A DNA stretch of 56,994 bases, from positions 1-56,994 of IMG/VR virus record IMGVR_UViG_3300042197_003393. The stretch is one strand, 5' to 3'. The DNA comes from a virus (taxonomy: Duplodnaviria > Caudoviricetes). Shown piece by piece: positions 21,253 to 31,665 of this stretch (positions are counted from its first letter, which is position 1; every line of letters starts with the position of its first letter). The notes under the pieces are model-generated. The model did no database searches. It saw nothing but the letters and a program-made list of their open reading frames with translations, and was not told the DNA's origin. The translations under genes were made by a program, and so were the position numbers.

Positions 21253-22230
21253 CTAATCCTTATCTATGTCGTCGTCTCTACCCTTCTTATTTTCATATCG
21301 CTGCTCTATTCCAGCGCGGTTCAATAGTGAGTCGGATATCTCGTAGCTTCTTAATTTAACCATTTTGAGGAACATAGACACCGTTGGCCTAGGCAACTTA
21401 GATTTATCTATAAGCTTGCCTATTAACCCTTCGTGAGGACGATCGTCATTAAGTGCCAGATATTCAAGCGCTTCTATTACCTTTTGGCCATCCTCATCAT
21501 ATCTATATAGTTCCTTTAATTCGCCTATGAGTCTTGTAATTATGCCGCTCACAGGCTTCTTCTTATTACCGAGGTGGTTAATGTATGAACCTGAATTCTT
21601 CTTGTCTCGCCCCTCTTTCTTTATGTGTGCTAAGATTACTGTCCTTGCTATCTGAGACCACATATTAAAGACTTTTGACATGCCACGATACAAAATGGTC
21701 TCTGACCCGGCATATCGACCTTGAACTGGTTCGACCATCGGCCCCATAAATAACCTTGACTTGCATTTTGGGCAGTGACGCCTCATCTTAACCACTTCAT
21801 CCAAGGTTTTTATTCCATATTCTAACGTGCCAGGTGAATATAAGAGTGATTCACCCGGTCTTTCTAAGTTAAAGCACCTCCTGCAGTGAGGTCTGGCCCT
21901 GTATTTGTATAATGTCCGCTCGATCTGAACCCAAGCCGTCTGTAACAAGTCACCAAATGATGATTCGTCCTGACCTGGATATATGGTGTGAAGTCCTTGC
22001 TTCCTTATAATCTGTCTTATCAATTCAGACGCGTGCGACATTATGTCATCGCGATACTGGACGTTAGTACAGCCTGTCCATATATATTTTGTCAGTTGCC
22101 ATTCTACTATTTCATTTATGAAGTAGAGCCGCTTTGAAACAATCTCAGGCGCCGGTGTTAGATCCGGCGCTGGTATTGAAGAGTCTTTTTTCGACTCTAA
22201 ATTTTCGCTTTTCGACGAGTTCTTTGCCAT
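21253..22230 (-). CDS. late-transcription sigma factor, gp55-like, with Zn-ribbon insertion
   Basis: N-terminal YF, DL.Q.A....ERTLYKY and SKVFNMWSQIARTVILAHIKKE resembling gp55 'FAYFTQI...F...IKKE'; CxxC/CxxC insert. Confidence 0.7.
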   Translation of the reverse strand: MAKNSSKSENLESKKDSSIPAPDLTPAPEIVSKRLYFINEIVEWQLTKYIWTGCTNVQYRDDIMSHASELIRQIIRKQGLHTIYPGQDESSFGDLLQTAWVQIERTLYKYRARPHCRRCFNLERPGESLLYSPGTLEYGIKTLDEVVKMRRHCPKCKSRLFMGPMVEPVQGRYAGSETILYRGMSKVFNMWSQIARTVILAHIKKEGRDKKNSGSYINHLGNKKKPVSGIITRLIGELKELYRYDEDGQKVIEALEYLALNDDRPHEGLIGKLIDKSKLPRPTVSMFLKMVKLRSYEISDSLLNRAGIEQRYENKKGRDDDIDKD

Positions 22231-23758
22231 CTATGACACCACCTGGGAATATCACTTTCGTGTCGAACCCGGCAGCTACCATAGCTTTTAAACGAGATTT
22301 TGAGTGATTATAAAGATAGCGGTTGCATCTAAAGTAAAAGTCAAATATCCGACTGTATCCTTGTTGGTTTCGGCGAAGAGCACGACCTACTTTTTGGATC
22401 AAGTCAGATTGCAGCTTAAAGCTGCCCGCTATAATCAAATTCTCACATCCTCCCGCCAAATCCAAGCCACGGTTAATAATCTTGCCACCTATAAGTACAT
22501 TAAATTCGCGCCGTTCAAATTTATGCAATATTTCGTCTCGCTTACGCTTAACCGTCTCCCCATATATGAAGTGAGCTTCGATTCCGGCTGCATTAATTGA
22601 CTTCTCTAACGCGAACCCTAAATCCTTACGATCAACAAGTATTAACGTACCCACATCTGTATATTTTAAACATATGTTGGTAACTAATTTATGAAACTTG
22701 TCATTATTAACTAACCAATCGACATAAGCATTGTCAAATGTCTCGGCATCGTCCTTGTTACCATCAATACCAAATGCTAACATCTTATACTGACATGGCA
22801 CAATGCGACCTAACCTCAACACTTCATCCCGCGATTCCTTTACTATTATTCCACCCAAATGCTCTTGCAGCACCAATGCTTCAACCGGTTTGTCGGGATC
22901 AGTCGGTGTGGCGGATAAACCATACCTGCGTCTGCCCTTAAACCAATGCCTGAACAATGTCTTATAGGATTCTGAAGTCGCTTTATCACATTCATCAACA
23001 ATAAGCAGTTCAGCCTTCTTTAAATATTCATGTAAAAACTTAACGTTCTTCAATCGGGTCTTGTACGCTTGCTCCATTTGATCGTATTTATTAAGTCGCT
23101 TCCTATATGAAGCTTCTGTCTCCTCAGGCTTACGATCTGGAACCGGCGGTGGTTTTTTAGGAGGCGACAATGATTGAATCAATCCTACTACTATCAATTC
23201 CCCGCTCGGCTTCCTTCCAGCATAAAACAAGCCTACTTGTTCTACCACCGTCCTTAATTCTAATCGTTTCTTCAACTGATCTACCACCACTCTCTGATCA
23301 GCTAAGATCATTGTACTACATTTAATCGCCTTACATATTCCACATATTATCTCTCCCTTGCCGCTTCCTGTCGGCATATCAATAATACCACACTCCTCCT
23401 CGGCGCACTTGCGGATTGCTCTTAATTGATATTCTTCTAATGTTATATCCGGTAAAAAATCTGGCCCAATCTCACCGACTGGCACTACGGTCCCAGTCCA
23501 AGGGGGCCTGCGATCCTGCACCTCCAGAGGTATACCTCTGCGGGCGCACACCTTCTGCAGCATATCGAGCAGAGGCCTTGCTAATCTCTTCTTAGCTCGA
23601 TTATATTTCCTATAAATGCCGTCCCAATTGCCCCTGACTGAAGGATCAATATATGCATTCGGCTTACTGATGCTGAATGCTTCCCAAATCATCTGATCTT
23701 CGGGATCAGTAATATGAGAAAGATAAATCCATTGGTTATCAACTATGTTCGCTATCAT
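22145..23758 (-). CDS. uvsW: SF2 helicase, UvsW-like
   Basis: YQ, MPTGSGK, LIVDECD, GLSATP, RGLDL, QKVGRALR, IFDF. Confidence 0.85.
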   Translation of the reverse strand: MIANIVDNQWIYLSHITDPEDQMIWEAFSISKPNAYIDPSVRGNWDGIYRKYNRAKKRLARPLLDMLQKVCARRGIPLEVQDRRPPWTGTVVPVGEIGPDFLPDITLEEYQLRAIRKCAEEECGIIDMPTGSGKGEIICGICKAIKCSTMILADQRVVVDQLKKRLELRTVVEQVGLFYAGRKPSGELIVVGLIQSLSPPKKPPPVPDRKPEETEASYRKRLNKYDQMEQAYKTRLKNVKFLHEYLKKAELLIVDECDKATSESYKTLFRHWFKGRRRYGLSATPTDPDKPVEALVLQEHLGGIIVKESRDEVLRLGRIVPCQYKMLAFGIDGNKDDAETFDNAYVDWLVNNDKFHKLVTNICLKYTDVGTLILVDRKDLGFALEKSINAAGIEAHFIYGETVKRKRDEILHKFERREFNVLIGGKIINRGLDLAGGCENLIIAGSFKLQSDLIQKVGRALRRNQQGYSRIFDFYFRCNRYLYNHSKSRLKAMVAAGFDTKVIFPGGVIDGKELVEKRKFRVEKRLFNTSAGSNTGA

Positions 23759-23802
23759 AATTGTTAAATACTAATAATCAGCTAGCTTGGTGGAGATGGC
23801 CC

Positions 23803-24540
23803 ATGTTGGGATACGCACAAGACAAGATTAAATACTGCTTTTTCGGAATAGATAATAATTATCCCTTTGAGTTATTGACCGTTGCAATAAAGACAGTCCG
23901 TGATAATACTAAATTAATCCCAATCTGCATGCATACTGGGCTCGATTTCAATAAGCTACATTATTTGGACAAGCATAACGTCCAACATCATAAATTACTT
24001 CCTGACATCCAAATAGCACACTCTCAGTACTATGGAGCACTCCTACGGCTTTATATTCCATTACTAGCCAGCACACTTAATATTAACGGAATCGTGATCT
24101 ATACTGATTGTGACGTCATGTTCATTGAACAGCCTCCATTAATACTAGTTAAACATGTGGGTGGCGTAGGACGTAATCCCTGGATGCCGATGAGTACTAC
24201 AAATGTGGTTAACTCAGGTGTTCTTTATCTTAATGTAGATGCGCTTAAAAAATCGCAGCAAGAATTCATTCAGTATGCAGTCGATCATCCGGAAGCTCAT
24301 AACGCAGCGGCTGAAAGCATCTACAATCACTTTTATAATGTAGAAACTATCCCGCACACATTAAACTATTTCGCATATTGGGATGCTAATAATTCAGCCA
24401 AGATACTTCACTTCCACGGACCTAAACCTTGCCACGACTTTATCCATCCAGAATACCCATCGGCATATTATAATGATCATCATCATGTCCATAAAAGGCG
24501 GTGGCGAGACATTAGGGCGATAACACCTAGTCACACGTAG
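23803..24540 (+). CDS. glycosyltransferase family 8-like
   Basis: LLRLYIP, IYTDCDV (DxD), NSGV, ILHFHGPKP; GGAG RBS before ATG 23803. Confidence 0.85.
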   Translation: MLGYAQDKIKYCFFGIDNNYPFELLTVAIKTVRDNTKLIPICMHTGLDFNKLHYLDKHNVQHHKLLPDIQIAHSQYYGALLRLYIPLLASTLNINGIVIYTDCDVMFIEQPPLILVKHVGGVGRNPWMPMSTTNVVNSGVLYLNVDALKKSQQEFIQYAVDHPEAHNAAAESIYNHFYNVETIPHTLNYFAYWDANNSAKILHFHGPKPCHDFIHPEYPSAYYNDHHHVHKRRWRDIRAITPSHT

Positions 24541-25274
24541 TATGACCACGTAGCGTCTGTTCTACTGAACAGCAAGGCAGCTTCTGCGTAACAAGAACGC
24601 CCCATGAAAATATGGTCACAGCGAGTTAATGAAACTAAATCGATCATTGATTCGCTAAAATGTTCAGCTAACTTTCGATGATGCATACCGAGATCGCCAG
24701 TCCTTGCTCGCCCATGCGTATGATATACTATATTGGGATAAGCTCTAGTCAAGACATTGAATGCTTCTTCATCATCCGTCGATAAAAACACGGAGTCATA
24801 TCCCATTGGCACTAATTCAACCAAATTCTCCGGCGGCATTAGCTCATAATCCGTACATTTATCAGTTCCACGATAATGTATACCTAACGTCTTTCCAGTA
24901 AAAATTGGCTTGTGCCAGTTATTAGCGAATCTTAACCTCTTCGCATATGATCTTATCTTGCGGACGGTCTCTGTGTCGTACCTCTCCAATATCGGCATTG
25001 GAGTATCCTTCACTTCCTCGTTTACCATAAAAGTCCTATCATATGCCGCAGACTCATTATCGCCATACTGAGCCGTCGTAAACTCATCAAATATGCTTGA
25101 GAAAAGATTATCATAATTATATGGCATCTCGATCCTAAATCTAGGATGATAGCCATCCTTGATGCATCTCACTAAATTCCATGCTACGTTGCAAAGGTGT
25201 GCGCCAATACCCCAATGCCTCGGACTTGATATGACCAAGGCTTGAGGGAATTCAGTAAATTCGTGACAGATCAT
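24531..25274 (-). CDS. NodZ/alpha-1,6-fucosyltransferase-like GT-B glycosyltransferase
   Basis: G.G..L N-terminus, LGIHYRGTDK, VFLSTDD, D...L.RCD......S. Confidence 0.8.
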   Translation of the reverse strand: MICHEFTEFPQALVISSPRHWGIGAHLCNVAWNLVRCIKDGYHPRFRIEMPYNYDNLFSSIFDEFTTAQYGDNESAAYDRTFMVNEEVKDTPMPILERYDTETVRKIRSYAKRLRFANNWHKPIFTGKTLGIHYRGTDKCTDYELMPPENLVELVPMGYDSVFLSTDDEEAFNVLTRAYPNIVYHTHGRARTGDLGMHHRKLAEHFSESMIDLVSLTRCDHIFMGRSCYAEAALLFSRTDATWSYYV

Positions 25275-28200
25275 TTATCCGCCATTTTGCAATACGCAAC
25301 TATCGTTGTCACAGTAGGTACTGCCGACAGCTTCCATGATATATGCACTATAGTCAGCTGGCTTTATCTTCGAGTTATAAGCCTCGACTTCTTCTGGCTT
25401 ACAAGGTTCGTAGGGGGCTTGAGCGTACCCGTGACCCATATGGGGCAGGAAGCTGATGCCTTTTAACTGATCCTCGTAGGCCTCTAATACCCTGCAAATT
25501 TCGGAACGTTCTGTATACTTAAATTTAACAGTACACGAGACTTGGTTATCTGCCCAATATCTTTGGTAATCAGCGGCATTCGCCATCTGCTCCCAAATAG
25601 TCACATCTTCCACCGGCCTGACACGCTCATCATTTACTGCGAATTTGACGACAATTGTTCGATCCGGATCACTGATCGTCGGTTCAATGTGGTATCCGGC
25701 ATCGCTGAGGATTTTTACTAAGATGCTATCCTTCGCTATTCTGACCCGCCTCCAATATGTCGATGCCTCGGGATGATGAATTCCTGGAGTAGCTCCGGCT
25801 ACGAGTGATACTGTCCCACTCGGCTTGACGGATGTTACCTTGATAGACTTTTGGATACATAACCATTCCGAGTATATCTCATCCCAACGCCTAATTTCAT
25901 TGTATCCAGCGTCGCAAAAGTCTTTAATGACCACACGGCGACCAAATTTGGAGAATGCTTGCACTATGCCACTCTGCGATAATCCTATGCGTCTGTTGCG
26001 CAACGTTACTTGGTTAGTTCTTGGATTATGGGTCGGCAATAATGTCACCGTCTTTGCATAAAGATATGCGAATTTCAACGTCCTCATGTAATCTTCAGCA
26101 TCTTCGTGATTAGCTGGAAACGTCTCCACCAAATTGCATAACTCATATGATTCTAGGCTCTGTTCCACACAAGGATTCGATCCCATGACACGCCCATCAA
26201 TCCCAGGTTGGCGACCATCGGTAAGCCTTCCATAATCGCGCATATTGCATAGCCAAATAAGGCCAGGCTCACCATTGACAGCTATCTGCTCGGAAATCTC
26301 TTTATAATCCATACCGACATTAGCGAATATAGAGTTATTTGATGCCCAGCGATGATGATTCATGGCGTTCCATGTCTCAATTGCTGGTGCAAGTCTATCG
26401 TTTGGTATGCCGGTGGATTCAAAATCGGATAATCGTGCTTTGGGACATGCGTCTTTTGAAGTCTTTAAAGCCTCAGCCCATATATTGCCAGTAACATTCT
26501 CAAACGCCGCTACTTCAGATGCTAATAATGTCTTCTTATAATTCTTCATGGATGCATATTTAATGTCGTCAGCATCACCAAAGGCAATTTCAGCTGTATT
26601 ATGGACCAATAGTCCTTCTGCCACGAATTCATTGCGGTCCGGGACAGATAAATCATACGTCTCGACTTCAACACCTTCATCTACAACCGAATCTACACGA
26701 ACCGGTATTAAGTTAGAGGTTTTAACTTCACAAAGCAACGCTCTATTATATGTCATTTGCCGCTGCTGAGGCGACCAAGAACGTCCATAGTCTACATTTC
26801 CCTTTACCCATTCTGAAGGATATCCAAAATCGTGCCCGCTGGCATGTTCCATCTGACGAATCTTCTTAACCGCATACGGTTGGATTAGGTCGATGAATCT
26901 TACTATTGCAAAATCGCCGGCCATTGATAACACCCATTTAGCTTGGGCTTTTTCGGTAGCAACAGCTTGTAACTTCATTTTAGTCGGAATACCGAGGCTG
27001 GAATACACTGCTTGGACTTGTCTGACAAAATCCCGATAAACACTCACTAATAATGTAGTTGGTCGATTCTTTGTAGAGCCATCGGTGTCCATTAACCCAG
27101 CTACATATGCAGCTCTAATAGCGGGCTTTGCCATCCTTATAAATTCAGGAACGTTAAGTGGCGCCTTGGACTGCTTTACATTAGTATGCAAATATTCAGC
27201 TAGCTTTCTAGACACGACTCGATATTTGACGCAATTATCATCAGAAGGCTGGACTTTAATGTTCTCATATCCAAAAGCAGCAAACCCGGCATTCACTTTA
27301 TCCACGAGAGCATCATGGTATTCATCCTTATTAATAGGGATCATTACTGACGCACCGTGATGTTTACGGCCTTTATATTTTCTGCCATTGTATACATAAC
27401 CATCGCCGTGAATGGCGCCAATGAACCAACCAACATCGGTGGTCAAAGAAGGCACTACGAACGATTCATCGCTTACTCCATACCCGGGCAGTACGGTGTC
27501 AGTGCCTTGAATAACAGCATCTACGAATACCAAACGGTCATCAGTCTGTAATTGGTAGGCTCTCTTCCACTCGTATTGGCCGATACCTGTCATGACGGCG
27601 ACGCGATGCCTATCCGTGCATCTGAAAGATCCTAATTGACTGTTAATGGTAATGACACGTTGCACACCTTGTTTAACGTTTTCTGATACAGAATGATAGC
27701 CATCAGCAGTCAATACCAGATCACCTACCACTACTTGTTCAATCGGTACCAATCCACGCTTTAAATGGACCAGAGTACCCTTAGGCAAGCAACGGCGGAC
27801 ATTGCCAGCCACCACGCACCTGCCAATGTAGTTCATTAAATCAGTAATATCGACACTATCAAGCGACTTGCCACAACGCGCATCAAGATGATTGCGAATT
27901 AAACCATGCAATTCGATTAGGATCTTGGATCCGGACGCTTTTCCACCAAATCCCTTAATCGTCTCTCCATCCTTACGTATAGCAGAATAATCGAAATCTA
28001 ATTCGCCTTCCGATACCTTATTGGTATAAGACTGAATCAACTGCCTAACTGAATCAACCCATCCCTCTCTCGAATCAGCTATTATATACTTCTTCTTGAT
28101 ATTAGCCGGCCGATGAATAGTGATTTTACCTGCGCCTTTAGTATCAAAACCGACGCCTACGCCAAGCATAGACATGTCCATCAAGAAGCAAAAGGGCTCT

Positions 28201-28721
28201 GCGGGATCCGATTCCATCAGATCATGGGTGCTCACAAAGCCACAATTGTTCAATGCGGCACTACCTCGGTCCCACATAAACTGAGTACCCATCATCCATA
28301 GGCCGCGACCCGGAGGTAAGAATTTGAAACTCCACATTCTTTCGAACATCTCATGCGCCGATGTCAATGCCTTTTGGTAATCCCAAGGGATGTGTAATCT
28401 CAGACAGTGCTGCCTTTGAATTTCATAGCAACCTTCTACTACTCTTGTCAATGTGTCTAAAAACGTCTCTTTCGTATTATCAGCGGCGAGACGGGAGTAA
28501 GTGCGATAATAAACTAACTCACCCAACCCATTAAATCCAAAGTTAGGCTTCTTACCATTGTACTGATTTAAAAAACCAGCGTCGAGTCTAAAATGGTCAC
28601 CGTGGATTTCATTGTGCATACGGCCGAAATATTGTTCGGAGATATTTGGCACATGTTCCAAATTATTCTTGGCTCCCACGCCGTTAACCTTCGTCCCATT
28701 TTTCACAATCGTAACGCTCAT
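25275..28721 (-). CDS. nrdJ: class II (adenosylcobalamin) ribonucleotide reductase, monomeric NrdJ type, containing an intein
   Basis: RTYSR, PPGRGLW, ALNNC, DSREGW, GGKASG, CVVAGNVRR, NPCVEQ, CNL, KPSGTVS, C-terminal YCDNDSC; GGAGA RBS before ATG 28721. Confidence 0.95.
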   Translation of the reverse strand: MSVTIVKNGTKVNGVGAKNNLEHVPNISEQYFGRMHNEIHGDHFRLDAGFLNQYNGKKPNFGFNGLGELVYYRTYSRLAADNTKETFLDTLTRVVEGCYEIQRQHCLRLHIPWDYQKALTSAHEMFERMWSFKFLPPGRGLWMMGTQFMWDRGSAALNNCGFVSTHDLMESDPAEPFCFLMDMSMLGVGVGFDTKGAGKITIHRPANIKKKYIIADSREGWVDSVRQLIQSYTNKVSEGELDFDYSAIRKDGETIKGFGGKASGSKILIELHGLIRNHLDARCGKSLDSVDITDLMNYIGRCVVAGNVRRCLPKGTLVHLKRGLVPIEQVVVGDLVLTADGYHSVSENVKQGVQRVITINSQLGSFRCTDRHRVAVMTGIGQYEWKRAYQLQTDDRLVFVDAVIQGTDTVLPGYGVSDESFVVPSLTTDVGWFIGAIHGDGYVYNGRKYKGRKHHGASVMIPINKDEYHDALVDKVNAGFAAFGYENIKVQPSDDNCVKYRVVSRKLAEYLHTNVKQSKAPLNVPEFIRMAKPAIRAAYVAGLMDTDGSTKNRPTTLLVSVYRDFVRQVQAVYSSLGIPTKMKLQAVATEKAQAKWVLSMAGDFAIVRFIDLIQPYAVKKIRQMEHASGHDFGYPSEWVKGNVDYGRSWSPQQRQMTYNRALLCEVKTSNLIPVRVDSVVDEGVEVETYDLSVPDRNEFVAEGLLVHNTAEIAFGDADDIKYASMKNYKKTLLASEVAAFENVTGNIWAEALKTSKDACPKARLSDFESTGIPNDRLAPAIETWNAMNHHRWASNNSIFANVGMDYKEISEQIAVNGEPGLIWLCNMRDYGRLTDGRQPGIDGRVMGSNPCVEQSLESYELCNLVETFPANHEDAEDYMRTLKFAYLYAKTVTLLPTHNPRTNQVTLRNRRIGLSQSGIVQAFSKFGRRVVIKDFCDAGYNEIRRWDEIYSEWLCIQKSIKVTSVKPSGTVSLVAGATPGIHHPEASTYWRRVRIAKDSILVKILSDAGYHIEPTISDPDRTIVVKFAVNDERVRPVEDVTIWEQMANAADYQRYWADNQVSCTVKFKYTERSEICRVLEAYEDQLKGISFLPHMGHGYAQAPYEPCKPEEVEAYNSKIKPADYSAYIMEAVGSTYCDNDSCVLQNGG
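26598..27791 (-). mobile_element. intein (398 aa) with LAGLIDADG endonuclease in NrdJ
   Basis: GNVRR|CLPKGT ... TYDLSV...FVAEGLLVHN|TAEI; FIGAIHGDG and YVAGLMDTDG motifs. Confidence 0.95.
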
Positions 28722-29368
28722 GGTCTTCTCCAATCGTCACCAAAGATACTCTGCGAAACACACACATTGTTAGTGTCAGAGAAAAATGTATTCCTTAATA
28801 AGTATAATGACGTAGGCGCAGGAAGCATACGCGATTCCATCACATCGCCTTGTAATCTCAATAATGCCTTATAACATGGCCTAGATAAAGCTATAAAGTG
28901 ATCTGAGATCCTTGACGCTTGATACCAAATAATTAGTGTCGGAAGAGCACCATGTCCTGACCGATGGAGCAATGTAGCCAACGGATCATTACCTATATGA
29001 TTATCATACCACGTCTTTTGCATGTTCAATGATGCTATGATGTTATCATTCTCATTTTTTTCATTATTCAATATATCATAGCATATGTTGAGCATGTTAG
29101 TCTGATGCAACGCCGCTAAGCCCTTTTTGAGTACGCCCCTCAGTTTTGCTTGGGCTACTGCGATACGTATAAATCTGATTGCGGTATCATCGTCAAAATT
29201 CCATTCATTAAACTTCTCAGCAATAGCCTTGACGAATCGCCATTGATAAGTCTTGCGAATGTCATTGGCTTGCGGTAGCTTTATTTTAAATCCGTGCTGT
29301 AAATACGCATCTGAACACCAATCCCAGATAACTCTAATTCGTGTATCTGATAAGAATGCGATGTTCAT
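28718..29368 (-). CDS. hypothetical protein, possibly gp59-like helicase loader
   Basis: size and weak motif resemblance (F.K.IAEKF; LPTLIIWYQASRIS..FIAL vs T4 gp59 C-terminal IFKLLQSNIISFETFIL). Confidence 0.4.
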   Translation of the reverse strand: MNIAFLSDTRIRVIWDWCSDAYLQHGFKIKLPQANDIRKTYQWRFVKAIAEKFNEWNFDDDTAIRFIRIAVAQAKLRGVLKKGLAALHQTNMLNICYDILNNEKNENDNIIASLNMQKTWYDNHIGNDPLATLLHRSGHGALPTLIIWYQASRISDHFIALSRPCYKALLRLQGDVMESRMLPAPTSLYLLRNTFFSDTNNVCVSQSIFGDDWRRP

Positions 29369-29392
29369 GGTACCATCAATACGGGGACGAAA

Positions 29393-29674
29393 ATGACGCA
29401 AGATTCTAAACCCACTAGCAATGATGACAACGCAAGATTTGAACAGCTCTTCGAAGAGTTAACCAGCGATTTCGGAGCTGCGTGTGAAAAACATAACGTC
29501 AACACAGCAATCGCAATAGCCGTACACCCAGAGAGCAAACACCCGATCGTATTGACCCGTGGTCATAAGTATGATGTGGCGATAGTATTAGCAAGAATGT
29601 TAAAATCGCTTAAAATGGATATGGCAGAAGAATTAAATACTGACTATGAGATGGATTATTCTAATACTGATTAA
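29393..29674 (+). CDS. hypothetical protein
   Basis: 93 aa, GGGG RBS, fills the gap between convergent/divergent genes. Confidence 0.55.
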   Translation: MTQDSKPTSNDDNARFEQLFEELTSDFGAACEKHNVNTAIAIAVHPESKHPIVLTRGHKYDVAIVLARMLKSLKMDMAEELNTDYEMDYSNTD

Positions 29675-29676
29675 TA

Positions 29677-30039
29677 TTAAACGTTCACAGTGGCATTATA
29701 CAGCCACTTGATCCTAGACTTTAATGACTCATCATGCACTTCATTAAAGCAATCAGATAGCACTTGATGTATAGTGGTAGTATAATCCAATGCCCATCGG
29801 AATATTATGAGATTCAAATTACCAAAATTGATGGGAATACATCCGTCAGCTCTATGTTTATCAACATAATCAATAACGTACTCTACCGCTCCGTCTAGCT
29901 CAGTGTCATCGTCTATATAGCAACGCAAGGAACCATCTATAGACTTAATCATCTTGTCGTATTCACTGAAATGATACATTCTGTTTTGATCGTTATCGTA
30001 AACGATGGTCCAGACAGTGACAGTTAGATCTTTAAACAT
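29677..30039 (-). CDS. hypothetical protein
   Basis: 120-aa ORF coupled downstream of baseplate gene. Confidence 0.55.
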   Translation of the reverse strand: MFKDLTVTVWTIVYDNDQNRMYHFSEYDKMIKSIDGSLRCYIDDDTELDGAVEYVIDYVDKHRADGCIPINFGNLNLIIFRWALDYTTTIHQVLSDCFNEVHDESLKSRIKWLYNATVNV

Positions 30040-30045
30040 GTTATA

Positions 30046-31665
30046 TCATAAGCCTGTTCTGATACCACCAGGTGCCGGCGTCTTCTCATAGTAATATGCA
30101 GTCTTCCTTGTCCCTTCTATTATCATTTCATTGAAACCAATACCAGCAGACATTGGGTCGGCTATCTTGCCAGTAGGAATAATATTGTCAGATGGTGAGA
30201 ATAAATCGACATATGATATGCCGTCAATACTTTCAACCGCTTCGACTAAATTTGATATGTATAGAGCTTCCCCCAGATCCCAGTAATTGGGATCGAAGTA
30301 GGCTGTGATCGCAGCCTCGACCCTTGACTTAATAACTGAAGCATCGGCATTCTTATCAATTACTATATTCATGTCTACATCGATTGGCTTAACAGCCCCA
30401 TCGAGCACCACCACATCATCTGTTAATACATTAATATCGTTTATATATGTCTCTAATCCTACCTTTAATCCTTTAGAAGGCGCAGTCGGTATCAGATCAG
30501 TACCTTCTGCCAAGATGTATAATTCCACTATGTTGGCGTTTAATCCTGACCTCAGCGTGGCTACAGCCTTTGACACCTTCCCATAAATCGGATGATTGAA
30601 CATCGTGGATGCTTGCGCATAATCCTCAGCCGTGACTATATTTCCTTGTAAAGCGTAGTCACGAGGCGCCCTTCTTTTAGCTTCAGCTATAGTCTCTTTA
30701 TCAGTGCCGCCTATCGATGGGGTCACATTTCTAAAGCGCACGAGGACGGCAGCGTTTGAAGGAGGGACGGGTGTCAATATTCTAGTCGCATCGATAACGT
30801 CGACACCTATTTTACCGCGTCGGCCGCCTCCGACGCGATATCTGAACGTAATATCTGACCCGCTAATAGGTGCCTTACCATTCACATCATTGCCAAATCT
30901 GAACGTTACCCTCTCAGATGTGAATAAAACCTCAACCACCTTATCATTAGCGCCATACTTCTCTAATGGCGAAGTAGTAGCCAGCCAAGTCTCGCTTATA
31001 TTATTATTAACCACCGTTACTATTAAAGGAGATTCCAATACGTCCGGCTCATCAAGGGTAAACCGTTGGTTAGGCCCGCCGGGACTAGTTACGGTTATAT
31101 CTGGTCCAAAGATTCCTTCTATACCATATGCTATTACAGCTCTCTTGCCAGCTGGTAATATGATATTGCTTGACCAATCATTCGGCGCGCGATAGACTTC
31201 GTAATTTACTATCGTGTTATCTGGCCCGCTGACACTGAACGAAGACCCAGGTTCGACAGCGATATCAGAGGAAACTGGAGCGTCAACGCTAATTTCTATA
31301 TCGACCGAAGCTGGCGTTTGCCTCTTCATTCGCTGATCTATTAACGCCAGATGATTCTGAACAGCTTGTTCAGTAGTGGCCGTCGGTAGTGTCGATTCAT
31401 TAGCCAATATATCTGCTCTTAATGATAACTTGGCAACCACAGATGCTACTATTTCCACCAGCATTACGATGCCATTGCTGGCTACGAAATCATTAAATTC
31501 ATTAGGAAAGTATGTTCTAATATATTCAAATATCGCCCTTCTGGACGTGTCGAAGTCTAATCCGCTATAATCTATCTGCCGTAAGTTAGATGGTGGTAAT
31601 ACCACACCAAATTCGTTGGGTACGAGCGGTAGTTCAAACAATGTAGGATCAGTGGACATTATCAT
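30046..31665 (-). CDS. gp6: baseplate wedge subunit, gp6/baseplate-J-like
   Basis: IDY..LDF, FNDF..S, NE..L.TA, FGNDVNGK.P, YRVGGG..G, GG.D.ET...K.RAP, VTAEDY. Confidence 0.9.
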   Translation of the reverse strand: MIMSTDPTLFELPLVPNEFGVVLPPSNLRQIDYSGLDFDTSRRAIFEYIRTYFPNEFNDFVASNGIVMLVEIVASVVAKLSLRADILANESTLPTATTEQAVQNHLALIDQRMKRQTPASVDIEISVDAPVSSDIAVEPGSSFSVSGPDNTIVNYEVYRAPNDWSSNIILPAGKRAVIAYGIEGIFGPDITVTSPGGPNQRFTLDEPDVLESPLIVTVVNNNISETWLATTSPLEKYGANDKVVEVLFTSERVTFRFGNDVNGKAPISGSDITFRYRVGGGRRGKIGVDVIDATRILTPVPPSNAAVLVRFRNVTPSIGGTDKETIAEAKRRAPRDYALQGNIVTAEDYAQASTMFNHPIYGKVSKAVATLRSGLNANIVELYILAEGTDLIPTAPSKGLKVGLETYINDINVLTDDVVVLDGAVKPIDVDMNIVIDKNADASVIKSRVEAAITAYFDPNYWDLGEALYISNLVEAVESIDGISYVDLFSPSDNIIPTGKIADPMSAGIGFNEMIIEGTRKTAYYYEKTPAPGGIRTGL

